Of a stretch of DNA of 64,000 nt, positions 63,961 through 64,000 are shown piece after piece. Source of the DNA: Octopus sinensis (lineage: Eukaryota). The position numbers and the translations under genes were made by a program. How positions within the stretch are numbered: position 1 is the stretch's first letter; the number at the start of each line of letters is the position of its first letter. The stretch spans positions 72,478,001-72,542,000 of the forward strand of contig NC_042999.1 in the NCBI RefSeq assembly GCF_006345805.1, read 5' to 3'. Below the pieces are notes generated by a model that saw nothing but the letters and a program-made list of their open reading frames with translations, was not told the DNA's origin and ran no database searches.

Positions 63961-64000
63961 AATTAGATAAAAACTGAATGAAAGCCAGAGAGAGAATGAG

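Overview
AT-rich, repeat-dense animal genomic DNA with no recognisable host gene. The SINE families, Penelope, RTE and Tx1 content and AT/GATA microsatellites suggest a cephalopod such as Octopus; this is an impression, not verified. The centrepiece is a ~29 kb block (22877-51895) made of a ~5.72-5.73 kb unit. Four head-to-tail copies lie on the minus strand and join head-to-head with one plus-strand copy. The whole block is bracketed by a 15-bp direct repeat (AAGAAATATAATAAT at 22862-22876 and 51896-51910). Each unit is a two-ORF L1/Tx1-clade LINE (~5.35 kb, no poly(A)) flanked by a 17-bp duplication, plus a 362-bp module carrying a hammerhead ribozyme fold. That fold has a compensatory U3-A8 core, a palindromic stem III, a UAC bulge in stem I and a CAAUA loop 2. 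All four breakpoints of the block fall inside the ribozyme module. A separate LINE-free ~350-bp retrozyme-like element at 59311-59996 has the same ribozyme architecture and the same inverted-plus-tandem geometry. My best interpretation, which is inference, is a composite hammerhead-retrozyme/LINE whose transcripts self-cleave to unit length and may be copied as circles or multimers. The rest of the window holds Penelope-like elements, a deleted Gypsy element, mariner and Tc1 relics, an RTE LINE, SINEs, foldback repeats and microsatellites. Folds and alignments were done by eye; coordinates of degenerate repeats are approximate.
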